This document shows, piece after piece, positions 24,883-35,791 of a DNA stretch of 47,432 nt (position 1 is the first letter of the stretch; every line of letters starts with the position of its first letter). The DNA is from Fonticula alba ATCC 38817. Taxonomy: Eukaryota; Protista; Nucleariida. Location of the stretch: assembly GCA_000388065.2 (NCBI GenBank), contig KB932201.1; one strand, given 5' to 3'. The notes beneath the pieces are model-generated. The model saw only the letters and a list, made by a program, of their open reading frames with translations. It ran no database searches and was not told the origin of the DNA. Position numbers and translations under genes: made by a program.

Positions 24883-25945
24883 ATGTCCGGCAGCGACAGC
24901 GACGACGATTTCCAGCTGAGCGCCAGCACCCTGGCCGCCTTGGCCGCTTTCCGCGATGAGCAGCAGCAGCTGGAGGACCGCTTCCAGAAGCTCCATGTAC
25001 AGCCTCTCCTGCCTCGTGCTCCCGCGCCTTCGTGAGTTTGCCCCTCTGCCAGGTACTGACCGCCATGCATGCCCCTCTTGCAACAACAGGACGACGCGGA
25101 CTCCCGGTTCAAGTCCGGCATGGAGGCCATCCCGGAGGACTGGCAACTGTCCCAATTCTGGTATGATGACGCCACGGCCGAGGACCTGTCGCATCTGGCC
25201 AAGCAGGCGGCCGAGCGCAGCGCCGCTGCCGGCCACCCGGGGGAGATCGTCTTCCTCAGCTCGCCGACGGCTTACGTCAAGTTCAAGGTGTGTAATTGGC
25301 ATGTATGCCGTGTCGTCGCCCCTCGGCTGTGCTCTTGTGGCTGCGGCTGCGGCTGCGGCTGCGGCTGCGGCTGCGGCTGCGGCTGCTGCCAACATTTGCT
25401 CGGCGGCTTCATGCTGTCCCGCATGCATTTCGCTTCCCCCTGCTTGGGCTGACCCGCCTCCTCGCCCGCCCTGCCACCACCCCTCCTCGGGACCCTATGC
25501 GCTGCCATCCCGGCAGGAGCTCTATCCCGACACGCCGGCCTGGCTGCTGGAGTATGACACCCGCTTTGCGGTCTACGCGCCGGAGTTCGTGCACTACGAT
25601 TACAATCAGCCGGAAACCTTCAGCCCGCTGGAGCCCGGCAGCGCGGCCGTCATTGTGGCTGATCCGCCCTTCCTCAGCGAGGAGTGCCTGACCAAAACCT
25701 CGGCCACGGTCCGGGCCCTGTCGCGGCCGGCCGGCCAGCCCAACACCCATGTGGTTCTGTGCACGGGCTTGGTGATGCGCCCGCTGGCTCGGGAGCTGCT
25801 CGGTCTGGAGATGACCCGCTGGCGTCCGGGACATGCGAAGATGCTTAGCAATGACTTCCGCTGCTATTCCAACTTTACGGACACCGACTTCGGCCAGCGC
25901 ACCCTGCGCGGCCCGGCCCTGCCGGAGGACGAGATCGGCGACTGA
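24883..25945 (+). CDS. EEF1AKMT1: eEF1A lysine methyltransferase 1 (N6AMT2/Efm5), 3 exons
   Basis: QLSASTLAALAAF, EDWQLSQFWYD, IVFLSSPTAY, LLEYDTRFAVY, FVHYDYNQP, IVADPPFLSEECLTK, LCTG and LSNDFRCYSNF. Confidence 0.93.
25339..25386. repeat. Intronic (GGCTGC)8 hexanucleotide repeat
   Basis: Directly visible inside intron 2 of EEF1AKMT1. Confidence 0.9.
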
Positions 25946-26544
25946 ACGTGGGGAAAGCCACTCCCTCCGCCCCTCTCCACCTCCTCCGTCTATGTGCCTA
26001 TATGTGCCTGTGTGTGTGTGTGTGTGTGTGTGGGTCGAGAGAGGGGCAGGGGGAATATACGCGCGATGCGCATGTTTTTGGCCCTCCTCCACATCCCGAA
26101 TGCCACTGAAATGCCCCATCGCCAACCCGCCACTCAGGCATCCTGCCCATCAATACAGAGAGACCATGCTCCGGATTTTGTGACACAGTAGTCCGAGGCC
26201 ATCGCCCACCTCGTAGCCAGGAAGGAGGGGCTGCCCGTTGGCCCGGAATTACGTGTGCCCGAATGCGCCTTCCCAAGTATCCCCAGAGAGGATTCGGCGG
26301 GCGGGGACAAGAGAAAAGGGTCCCCTTCCCAGCAGGTGGCGGGGACGAATCTGCCAAAAAGCCGCGACTGCCAACGCACATTGTGCGCTAGCGATCACCG
26401 GCCAGTCGAACCGACGATCGTGTGCATGCGCGTGTACGATGCGTCGTGGGGGGCGTGTGCACGGTGTCGGCGCTTCGCCCCTCCTCCCCCTCCGGGTGCC
26501 TCCTTGGCCGAGAGACCCTGCGCGATATCTCCCCCTCCCCCTCG

Positions 26545-26602
26545 CCCTGCCCCTGCCCCGGCCCCTGCCCCGGCCCCGGCCCCGGCCCCGGCCCCGGCCC
26601 CC
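26545..26602. repeat. (CCCCGG)n hexanucleotide repeat (GGGGCC on the minus strand) upstream of CWC27
   Basis: Five perfect units at 26568-26597, preceded by degenerate CCCTG/CCCCGG units. Confidence 0.9.
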
Positions 26603-26788
26603 GAGAACCCCGCTCTCTGGAGGAGCCCAGCCAAAGGCGCCCCAGCTGAAGGGGTCTGGCTATGTTGCTGGCACTTGCTCCCGACCCTTTTCCCGCCCTC
26701 CGGCTCTCCCGCACCTTTCGCCCCTTCCCTCCCTCTCCCTCATTCCCCTCGCTACATTCCCCCAGGCCTCCCGCCCTGAGCACATTCC

Positions 26789-29488
26789 ATGTCCGTGCCG
26801 ACTTTCGACAGCCGGCCGGTGACCAACGGCAAGGTCGTGCTGGACACCACCTTTGGCGAGCTGGAGATCGAGCTCTGGGCACGCGAGGCACCAAAGGCTG
26901 CGCGAAACTTCCTCCAACACTGCGTCGACGGTTACTATGATGGCTGCCTCTTTCACCGGGTGGTTCGGAACTTCATCATCCAGACCGGCGATCCGACTGG
27001 AACCGGCGACGGTGCGCATGCTCATACAATGCCCCCTGGCTGCCCCTCCCCCCCCCCCCTTGCCCCCTGTGCTTCGATGCTGACACCTCCGTTGCCTTTG
27101 TCTCCCCTCCCCTGCCTCCTTCCCACCGATGCCAACGGCATGTTTGTTTGTTTGTTGTTTTTTTTTTCGATCTCCTTCCCCCCCTCCCCCTCCCCCCTTC
27201 TCCGCCTTCCCAGGTGGCGAGTCTATCTACGGCAAGCCCTTCTCCCATGAGTTTCACCACCGGCTGACCTTCAGCCAGCGTGGCATGGTAGCCTCGGCCG
27301 CTGAGGGCCCCTTCCAGAATGGCTCACAATTCTTCATCACCCTGGGCGAGGCGCCGGAGCTCAATCGCAAGCACACCATCTTCGGCATGATTGCTGGCCC
27401 GACCATCTTCAACGCCCTGCGGATTGGTGAGGTCAGTTGCAACGATGAAGACGTGCCTGACGTGCCAATCCGCATTGTGCGGACTCGGGTTTTGGCCAAT
27501 CCCTTCGAAGACATGGAGATGAGCGAGTGGGCTCGGCAAGCAGCCGCCGAGCGGGAGGCCGCAGCCCGCCGTGAGGCCGAAAAATCCAAGCGCCCAGTGG
27601 TGACCGCACGCGCGACCCGGTACGTGTCGATTGTCGCCTTTGTTTCCGCCTGCAAGTGCGCCTGTGTGCATGGGCCTTTCCTTTCTTTTCCTCTTTTTGG
27701 CTGACATCCCTGGCCGTGAATGCTCTTGCTCCCATTCGCCAGAAACAAGAAGCTCCTTTCCTTCGCCGGCGATGACGATGAGGAGGAGGAGGAGGCGGAC
27801 CTGCCCAAGGCCGGCGCCGGCAGGCTATTGGTCAGTCGTCACGAATCGCTTGGCGTTGGCACGCGCGAGCCTCGGCCGACCGTGGCGGCATCCCCTGCCA
27901 CTGTTGGCAGTGCTGTTCCTGTCACGGCAACCGGGGTCGCTGCCTCTGCCCCTGCTACGGCCGCTGTCCCCGATCCAGCTTCGGCTCCTGCTGCTGAGGG
28001 TGGCCCAGCCCCAAAGCCCACTCCCAGTGGCTTCCGCATCGTTGATTCCTCTGACGACGACGACGATAGTGATGGTGATAAGGAGGAGGAGGAGGCTGCT
28101 GGCGACGCTAGCACAGCTGGTGCTTCCACCAACCAGCCTGCCCCCAGCGGCCGTGACATTCTCGCCTCCATGCATAACGCATACAAGGCCCAAGCCGCGA
28201 CCAACCTCCTCCGGAGGCAGCGAGGCGCCAGTCGGAAGAAGGACTTTGACAGCATGGCCCATTTGATGAATTTCGAGCAGAGCATGCTCAGAGATCGGAA
28301 GAGCGTCGTGCTGGTGCTTCCACCAACCAGCCTGCCCCCAGCGGCCGTGACATTCTCGCCTCCATGCATAACGCATACAAGGCCCAAGCCGCGACCAACC
28401 TCCTCCGGAGGCAGCGAGGCGCCAGTCGGAAGAAGGACTTTGACAGCATGGCCCATTTGATGAATTTCGAGCAGAGCATGCTCAGTGCGATCACCTCGGC
28501 GCGCGAGGAGGACAAACAGCCGGATGCCGAGCGGCCGGTGCTCTGCTCACGGCACGCTCTCCGCGACTGGTCAGTTCACGTTTACGTCGCATCATCCGAC
28601 GCAGAGGAGGCGGGGGGGGCCTTTTCCCTCTTTTTTTTTCTTTGCCCCTCACCTTAGCCACTGACACCATCCATACTGTTCACTCCCGCTCCTGTTCACC
28701 TCCTCCTGATGGACAGCCTGACCTGCCACCCGGAGCTTGGCTCCCGGGAGATCGGTGCCGACTGGTTCACATACAAGATTTTGCAGAAGGAGGACTCGGC
28801 GCGTGCGCGTGAGCAGCAGGCCCTTCTTTTTGGCGAGGCCGATGATTTGGTACACACGCGCCTCTGCTAGGCAGACGAGCACCGCATTTACATGGAAATA
28901 TCCCCTTTCCCGTTTGTCCCACTGTCGGTCAATCCTCCCTCTTTCCGCTAACATGTCCCCCCCCCCCCGCCCCCTGCCACCCAGCTGGTTCTTGACCCTC
29001 TGGATCAAACTGATCGGGCGGAGATTGACCGGCGTGACAGTGAATTTGCCCAGAAGCGCGGTCGTCGTCCGGGGGCCGGTGGCGGCCCGGATCGCAAGTG
29101 GGAAAAACTGGGCCCCGGGAATGATGACCCGGAGCCAGACCCACTGGACTCTCCCTCGTGGGATGGCCCGCCGGACGGTCGTGAAGGTGGTCGATCTTCG
29201 CGGGTCTCTGGCCGGGGGCGCGGCCGCGATTCGAGTCGCGAGTATGACCGCAGCCGCGACCATGATCGTGGTCGTGGCCGCGATCGCAGTCGCAGTCGCG
29301 AGCGCGACCGGGGGCGTGACCGTCGGCAAGATGACCGTGGCCACGGTCACAGCCACAATCCTCGGCGGCGAGATTACAACGATCGCGACCACCGCGACCA
29401 CCGCGACCACCGCGACCATCGCGACCGCCGAGGTGGCGGCTATTCGCGTGGCCGGAGCCGGAGCCCCCCCTCTGGCGGGCGCCGATGA
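26789..29488 (+). CDS. CWC27: Spliceosome-associated cyclophilin CWC27 (5 exons; exon 3 interrupted by an assembly artefact)
   Basis: GKVVLDTTFGELEIELWAREAPKAARNF...[27 protein letters not shown]...EFHHRLTFSQRG...NGSQFFITL...ELNRKHTIFG, then LANPFEDM and NKKLLSFAGD. Downstream exons 28717-28849 and 28985-29488 give CSRHALRDCLTC, DWFTYKI, LVLDPLD and an Arg/Asp-rich tail ending TGA at 29488. Confidence 0.92.
28116..28485 (+). repeat. Exact 176-bp tandem duplication (28116-28291 and 28310-28485) bridged by Illumina adapter sequence
   Basis: The two copies read identically by eye, and the spacer 28292-28310 is AGATCGGAAGAGCGTCGTG. Confidence 0.95.
28292..28310 (+). other. Illumina adapter contamination
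   Basis: AGATCGGAAGAGCGTCGTG is the start of the standard Illumina TruSeq read-2 adapter. Confidence 0.95.
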
Positions 29489-30499
29489 AAAGACCAACCC
29501 AAGGCCCCTCTGTGTATGGCCCTGCCTCCTAAACATGCCGCTCTCAGTGTGAGTCTCAATTCCTGGAGGGTGGGCGGCTTGCTGTGGGCCCACATATGTC
29601 ACAAAGCACTCCCCGAAAAGGAGGAGGGAGAGGGGGGCGTCAGGGAGAGATGCAACCATCAGTGCTGCACACACACATACACACACGGAGCGGGGAGGAT
29701 ACAACCCACAGCCAACGAGCAAGAGCCACACACACCCTGGGTCACAAAAGGGAAGGGGACATTTCTTGGCGTGGCTGTGTGGTTTGCATATTTAGGGAAG
29801 GGGGAAAGAGAGAGAAGAAAAACCATCAGCCGCGGTGGCGAGAGAAGGCAGCGAACACCACGAGCCCGTGCCCCAGGGAGAAAGAGAGAGAGAGAGAGAG
29901 GGGGGGGGGAGGGAAAAGGGAACATGTATATGTATAGGTATGTGTGTGTATGTTTGTTTGTGCGGGCGCGCGGGGGGGGAGAAGGACAAGACGTGACAAT
30001 GCGAGGCTGCGAGACGGCGGTATTTTGGCCGGCGCCATGCATAAGGACAGTGCTGCTTCCACACAACCTGCGGCGCAGCGGGGTGTGAAAAGAGGAAGGG
30101 GCCTGAAAGTGTAGGTGTGTTCGCACATGCGAGCGCACATGGAGACGACGCATGCACGTGCACACACACCCCCCCACAAGCCGCCCCCCGCCCCCCGAGA
30201 AGGACACGGGAGGAGGGGAGGAGGGGGAGGAGAACCGGTGGTGTATAAACTCTAAAGGGTGGGTGCGTGGTGCCACGGGAAGATGCGGGGGAGGCGGTGA
30301 CCACAGGGAGCAGGTGCACGCGCGACGTACTCCCATGAGATGGGCGCCACCATCCATCCACTCCCCCACACTTGCCCGAGCGAGGAGGGGGGGGGGAGGG
30401 GATCGCAGAAGAGCGAATGCGCGTACGGACATGCACAGGAAGGGAGTGGCACCCCGCCCCGGGGACCCACACGAGCGCGAGGAGCGCGCGCACGCGCGA

Positions 30500-31788
30500 T
30501 TACCGGTAGGGATGCTCGGCCAGCAGGTTGGCGGCAATCTCGGTCTCCCACTTGTCACCGTTCTCCAGGAGCTTCTCCTTGTTGTAAAGCAGCTCCTCGC
30601 GGGTGAAGGTGGCGAACTCGGCGTTGGGGCCCTCGACAATGGCGTCCACGGGGCAGGCCTCCTGGCAGAAACCGCAGTAGATGCACTTGGTCATGTCGAT
30701 ATCGTAGCTGTGGGCCGATGTGTACATGCATGGGTGGCGGGGGCGGGGGGAGGAAGGGCCAGGGCAGCAACGGAGAACCGGGGACCGGGGGAGGAGGGAC
30801 GGGGAAAGAGGGTGAGGAGGCGAAACATGCCCAGAGAAGGGGGCCGGGAAGGAAAGAAATGGGCGTGGCTGAGAAGCGCAGACATGGGGAGGGGGAGATG
30901 ATGGGGGGGGGAGGGGGAGGGGGAGGGGGAGGGAGAGAAAGCGAGCGGGGGATAAACGCACCGGGTAGTGCGACGAGAACCATCGGCACGAGTCTCCGCC
31001 TCGATGGTGATGGCCTGGGCCGGGCAGATGGCCTCGCACAGCTTGCATGCAATACAGCGCTCCTCACCGCTGGGGTAACGACGGAGGGCATGCTCACCAC
31101 GGAACCGAGGCGACAGGGGTCCCTTCTCCCAGGGGTAGAGAAGAGTGTAGCTGGGCTTGAAGAAGTTCAGCAGGGCGACATACATGCCACGGCCGAGCTC
31201 AGTCAGGAAGACCGAGGACACGAAGTTGTCGGTGACCGTGTCAAAGGCAGCCGGGTGCGGGGGGTAGACACCGAAGCTGTGAATGCGGCTGCCCTCGGCG
31301 GCCGGGTCAGTCAGGAAGCGGAAGCGCATGCCCTCGAGACCCTTGCGAGTGCTCTCGAACTCGGCCGGGTGAGTGGGAACCGGGGCGCCGAGGACCTCGT
31401 GCAGCGGGGTGTCCACGGTGTAAATCTGCTTATCGGCAGTCGTGGCGTCCGGCTGCAGGTGCATGGTGGCGGCAGAGGAGTTCGGGTGCGACACCTCCGG
31501 GTAGTCGGGGAGGTCATACACGTCACCGGCCTCGCCGAAGCGAATGTACCGGGCGTAGTGAATCTCACTGTTGCCAGGGGGGGCGGGGGGGAGGAACTCC
31601 TCCGGGATGTGAGGATCCTCCGGGGGGAAGCGCAGGGCCTCGCCGGTGGCCGGGGCAGAGGTCTGCGGCAGGCCAGTGGGGAAGTTCTTCACCTGGGTGG
31701 CGAAGTGGGCAGCCGGGGCGGCCGCCGCGCGGGCGCCGGCGAAGCGGCCCAGGGCGGCCGCGCTGATGGAGGCGGTGCGAGACAGCAT
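30500..31788 (-). CDS. NDUFS8: NADH:ubiquinone oxidoreductase 23-kDa Fe-S subunit (TYKY), 2 exons, 344 aa
   Basis: Exons 31788-30962 and 30707-30500 (1035 nt). [46 protein letters not shown]...RTTR|[28 protein letters not shown], containing two 4Fe-4S motifs. Confidence 0.97.
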
Positions 31789-32725
31789 ACTGTCTCTGAC
31801 AGAGAGGGAGAGAGGGGGGGGGAGCGCGCGAGAGGGAAGCGGAGGGGGAAGGGCGAGGGGGAGGGGGAAGGCAATGTGTCAGGGACGCAAAGGAGGGAAG
31901 GGGGAAGAAGGAGGAGGAGGAGGAGGAGGGGAAGGAGGCCAACGCCAGGACTTCGTATTATGAGCGCCTCCCACCCCCCCCGGCCCCGGATCCCGAGAGG
32001 GAGGGGGGAGCCAGGGAGGAGGATATGCCGGTGATCACACTTAGGTGTTGTGAGCAGGCAAGGACGCGACCTCGCGCAAGGGCTTGGCTCCTGCATGACG
32101 GCGACACGAATCAAGGAGGGGCCCGCGACTCTGGCGAGAGGGCGGTGGGGTGTGGGGGCCGAGCCGCCGTCCGAGGCGGGGGGTGGGGGAAAGACCGAGC
32201 CAATCTGCACAGGGAACGAGAGGAAGGTGGGGCGGGAGGAGGTGCGGTGGAGGAGGAGGCGGCGGCGGCGGCGAAAGGCAAGGATAGGGGGGGGAGAGAG
32301 AGAGAGAGAGAGAGGTAGGAGAGGGGGGGAGGGGAGGCATACAGTAAACAGGCACAGGAACCAAAGAGGGAGGGTTCTAGGGACCGGTGGTGTTTGCCTT
32401 AGTTGACCGACAGCCGGGGGGCGACTGTTCAACGATCACCCTACTCCTTGAGTGTGCGCGGGCGAGCCGCTGCGTGTGCGTGTGTGTGTGTGTGTGTGCG
32501 TCCGAGCCACAACAGGCGGCATGGGCCCTGCCTCGGGCGGGCGTCGCGTTCCAACGACTGTCGGGGGGAGGGGTGGTGCTGCCGGGCATGTGTTCTTCGG
32601 CGAGGTGGGGGGCCCACAACCTCTCTCCGGGCCAGGGGCAACCGAGCAACGATGGCTGAGCGGACGGAAGGGGCGGGGGGGAGCCCCAGCTGAGGCGACC
32701 ACCACCGCACACAACAGCAGGGGAA

Positions 32726-32753
32726 CGCGCTCGCGCGCGCGCGCGCGAGCGCG
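32726..32753. repeat. Perfect 28-bp palindrome CGCGCT(CG)8AGCGCG
   Basis: Checked base by base as self-reverse-complementary. Confidence 0.9.
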
Positions 32754-33584
32754 GAGCCAGGCCCCTGGGGAAATGGGCCCCGGCCAGCTGGCTCTCAACT
32801 CCCTCGCGGCCGTCAGCCCCCACCGGCGGGGAGGACAACGGGGACGGGCGGAGAAAATGATACGAGGCCGCCCCCCTTCTCCCCCAGCCAGCTGAGAGCC
32901 AGGTCCTAGTCTCCGTGTCGAGCGGGGCATGCCAGGCGCGGGGCATCTCGACATGCTGTTCCCTGGCCGAACCGCCGCCGGAACCGCGTCTCCCCAGGGA
33001 GGGGCGCCGAGTTGCCGCTGCGAGCATGCCCAAAATGGCGAACTCCCTGGGCCTGCTGGAGTTGCCTTTAGGTATGCCCACCCACAGGGAGCGGAATGGG
33101 CCGAAGGAGGCCGGTGCCCGCCAATCCCGGAGCAAGGGCGCAGGAGAGGGGCAGGGGGGTGGCAATGAGCAGAGTGATCTAACAGCCCCGGGACCAGGGA
33201 CCAGACGGGACAGTGTCTCGCATGGCCGCGGAGCCCCGAAAGGCCTCCCAGCTCGAGTGTCTCGCCCTTTGTTCTGCCTGGGGCAGGGGCGCCGGCGAGA
33301 GAGAGGGGGGGGGGGGGGGAATTCGCAACGGCGGCAAGAAGCTCTGAGAGACGTGCGGATATACCGAGGACGCCCGGCATCAGGGTGGAAAATCGGTGGT
33401 CACTTGTGGAAACCCCGAGCTTTTGCGGGGACAAGCAAGGGACCTAGGGCGTGTCCCCCAACGGACTGACCCTCTATCTGGAGGGTTTAGGAACTGGGGT
33501 GGATGCTCGTTCAACCACATCCGACGACATGTAGCCAGACCCATACAAGGGTTCGACGCGGTGGGTTTTCTGTTGGAATGATAT

Positions 33585-33828
33585 TTATTCCGTGGTACAC
33601 GTGACGGATTCCGTGATTATGCCAGTGTAACAATCTCGAAGCCTTTTGTGGGCCGCCTCCTCGGCGCTGCCGTGGGCGGAGGCCGAATGCGAGACCGATC
33701 CCTCTGGCAGGCCGGCACAGTGCGGCCAAGTGGAGGCATTGCTTCGATTCGGTGCGATGATCAGCAACAGCTGCGAGCACATGAGTGGATATCGGGGGAG
33801 GTGAGAAGGAGAGGGGAAGGGGAGAAGG

Positions 33829-33862
<34 letters not shown>

Positions 33863-34254
33863 AGAAGGAGAGAGAGAAGGGAGAAAGCAAGGGCAGGAAT
33901 GCTGGGAAGTCGTATGTCGTACGTGAGATAGGCCGCCAAGGCTGGCAAGACGCTCATGCGGGCTCAGGGCGACGGTCACCACTGGGGGCACGTCATCCGG
34001 GGCCGCTGCTTCAGGAAGTCGCGCAGCCAGGGCCTGCTGCGCACGTTGCACAGCTCCTGGAGCTCGACGAGTGATGGATGGGCAAACACTGGCCATCAAC
34101 CAAGTGGCCTCAGCTGCAAGGAAGACAGGTGTCCCGTGGCGGCTGGATCTGACCATGAGCAGTGTCAGGATGTGCAGCAGGTGGTGTCAGAGAGAGAGAG
34201 AGAGAGAGGTGGGGGGGGGGGGTGCGTGTGCGCGTGCGTGTGTGTGCGTGTGCG

Positions 34255-34295
<41 letters not shown>

Positions 34296-34308
34296 GTGCG
34301 TGTGTGCG

Positions 34309-34340
<32 letters not shown>

Positions 34341-35791
34341 CGACGGCCGGCAGAAAGGGCAAGGAAACGTACTGGGCGTTGTCACGTAGAGCCAGCAGGG
34401 CTCGTACACGCAGGGCATATTGGGCAATGTTGAGGTCGCGCGTGCCAGACGAGCCGGCACCCCGAATCGGGCGCGGGCTGTCTGGCGAAGTGGAGAAGGA
34501 GATACCGATGCGCGGCCGGCTGGAGCCAGTGCTGTCATCGAGGCGGCTTGCAAGAGCCACAGCCAGGTGGCACAGGAAAGCGCGCGACAAAACACACGAG
34601 CTCCCTAGCTGCTCGCCCTGGCAACATTCCATGAGACGGGTGCACTCAGCGGCATCAAGGCTGGTCCCGGCCGCGTCGAGTCCTGGCGACAGGAAAATGT
34701 GGAACATGATGGCAGTTGGGACAGAGGTCGGGGGCAGGGCGGTGATGGCCTGCACAAGAACGCCACCATCGGCGTGATTGGCGTGTCAGGCGCGAGCCGA
34801 GAGAAAACACACGGCGACAAGTGGGTGATGAGGGGAGGGAAGCGGAACAGGAGGAGGAGTAAGAGCAGGAAAGAGGCCGCGGGGGGGGGGGGGGGGGGGC
34901 GGCTGCACGTACAGTTGCCAGGGCGCGAGCGGATGACACAACGGAAAAGCCACCATGTGCCAGGCCCACTGGCGGGGTGACGATGTGGACTTCGCGTGCA
35001 TCGCCTGGCAGCCCGTGCCAGGTGATGCGCTCCCACCAACTGGTGGGTGCTAGGCGGAGCGCATGTTGAGCTGTGGCCCTCGAGGGGAAGTCGCCTGCCG
35101 CCACATGCTGCCACCAGGCGCTGGGATCGGGCATGGGATTGGGGAAGTCGCCCCGGGGCATGGGCGCAGCGGCCGCCGCCAAAGAGGAGGTGGCGGAGGT
35201 GGAGGGCTCGCTGGTGGTCGTCAGTGTCGGGGGGTCGATAGATGTGTCCACCGAGGCCACGGGGGCTGGCGATGCACGCTCGGCTGTGTCGGACAGCAAC
35301 CCCCCCGTCGGAATGCGTGCCGCTCGGAAGAGGAAGTGTCCCTCGGTCGGCTTGGAGGCGATCAGGCACAGGGTGTCCCCGTCGCGCAGGAGGGATGTTT
35401 CGCCGAGATTCAGCAGCTCGCAAGTCCAGTCGGCCCGGCGCAGGAGGGCCGCGTTGCGGCCTAGCTGTCGGACGGTCATGCCTGACCCATCAGTCGCGAG
35501 GGCAATGGCCACTGGTTGGGGCGATGGAGGAAATGGAGTGAGGAGCATGTGGATACGGGGGACGGCGGATCGGGCACAGCGCGCACCCTGGCTGCGGCTG
35601 ACATTTTGCAGCAGGCCCTGGAGGGTGCCATCACTCAGGGCATCCGAGTCGATGTGTGCTCGGCCAAGGACCAGGTCGCGTGTGCCATCGATCAACAGAC
35701 CGCGGGCATCATCGCGCCCGGGCACCGGCTGGATCAAGCCAGTGCTCAGGCCAGCGAGAGGGCACTCCCGGTCGGGGAGCAGGAACCACAT
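33585..35791 (-). CDS. FHA domain (aprataxin/PNKP/APLF type) plus divergent macrodomain protein (5 exons; start next to an N gap)
   Basis: N-terminus LVLGRAH...VSRSQ|VAIAL...[12 protein letters not shown]...[11 protein letters not shown] fits the PNKP/APTX FHA. C-terminal exons 34148-33923 and 33770-33585 give [11 protein letters not shown]...[20 protein letters not shown]|LLLIIAPN...[11 protein letters not shown], similar to the plant-aprataxin-type macrodomain. Confidence 0.65.
34224..34341. repeat. Intronic compound (GT)n/(GC) microsatellite
   Basis: Directly visible; lies within a predicted intron of the FHA-macro gene. Confidence 0.9.

Noticed and set aside
24883-25945. DPPF motif suggesting a DNA N6-adenine methyltransferase
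   Set aside because: The surrounding motifs identify N6AMT2/Efm5, which is established to be an eEF1A protein lysine methyltransferase.
28116-28485. Tandem duplication as a real exon-duplication event
   Set aside because: The spacer is a sequencing adapter, so this is an artefact.
6848-29488. Apparent cluster of translation and RNA-processing genes (TCF25, RF2, INTS3, EEF1AKMT1, CWC27)
   Set aside because: Mixed orientations and compartments, interspersed with unrelated genes; consistent with a random housekeeping neighbourhood.
28649-29731. 360-aa hydrophobic minus-strand ORF
   Set aside because: It is the antisense shadow of the CWC27 Arg/Asp-rich last exon.
33490-33570. GGTTCGA T-loop-like motif suggesting a tRNA
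   Set aside because: No T-stem or acceptor-stem pairing; probably 3' UTR of the FHA-macro gene.
31800-33580. ORFs upstream of NDUFS8, including a donor-like ttag|gtatgc near 33070
   Set aside because: No recognisable protein or consistent exon chain could be built.
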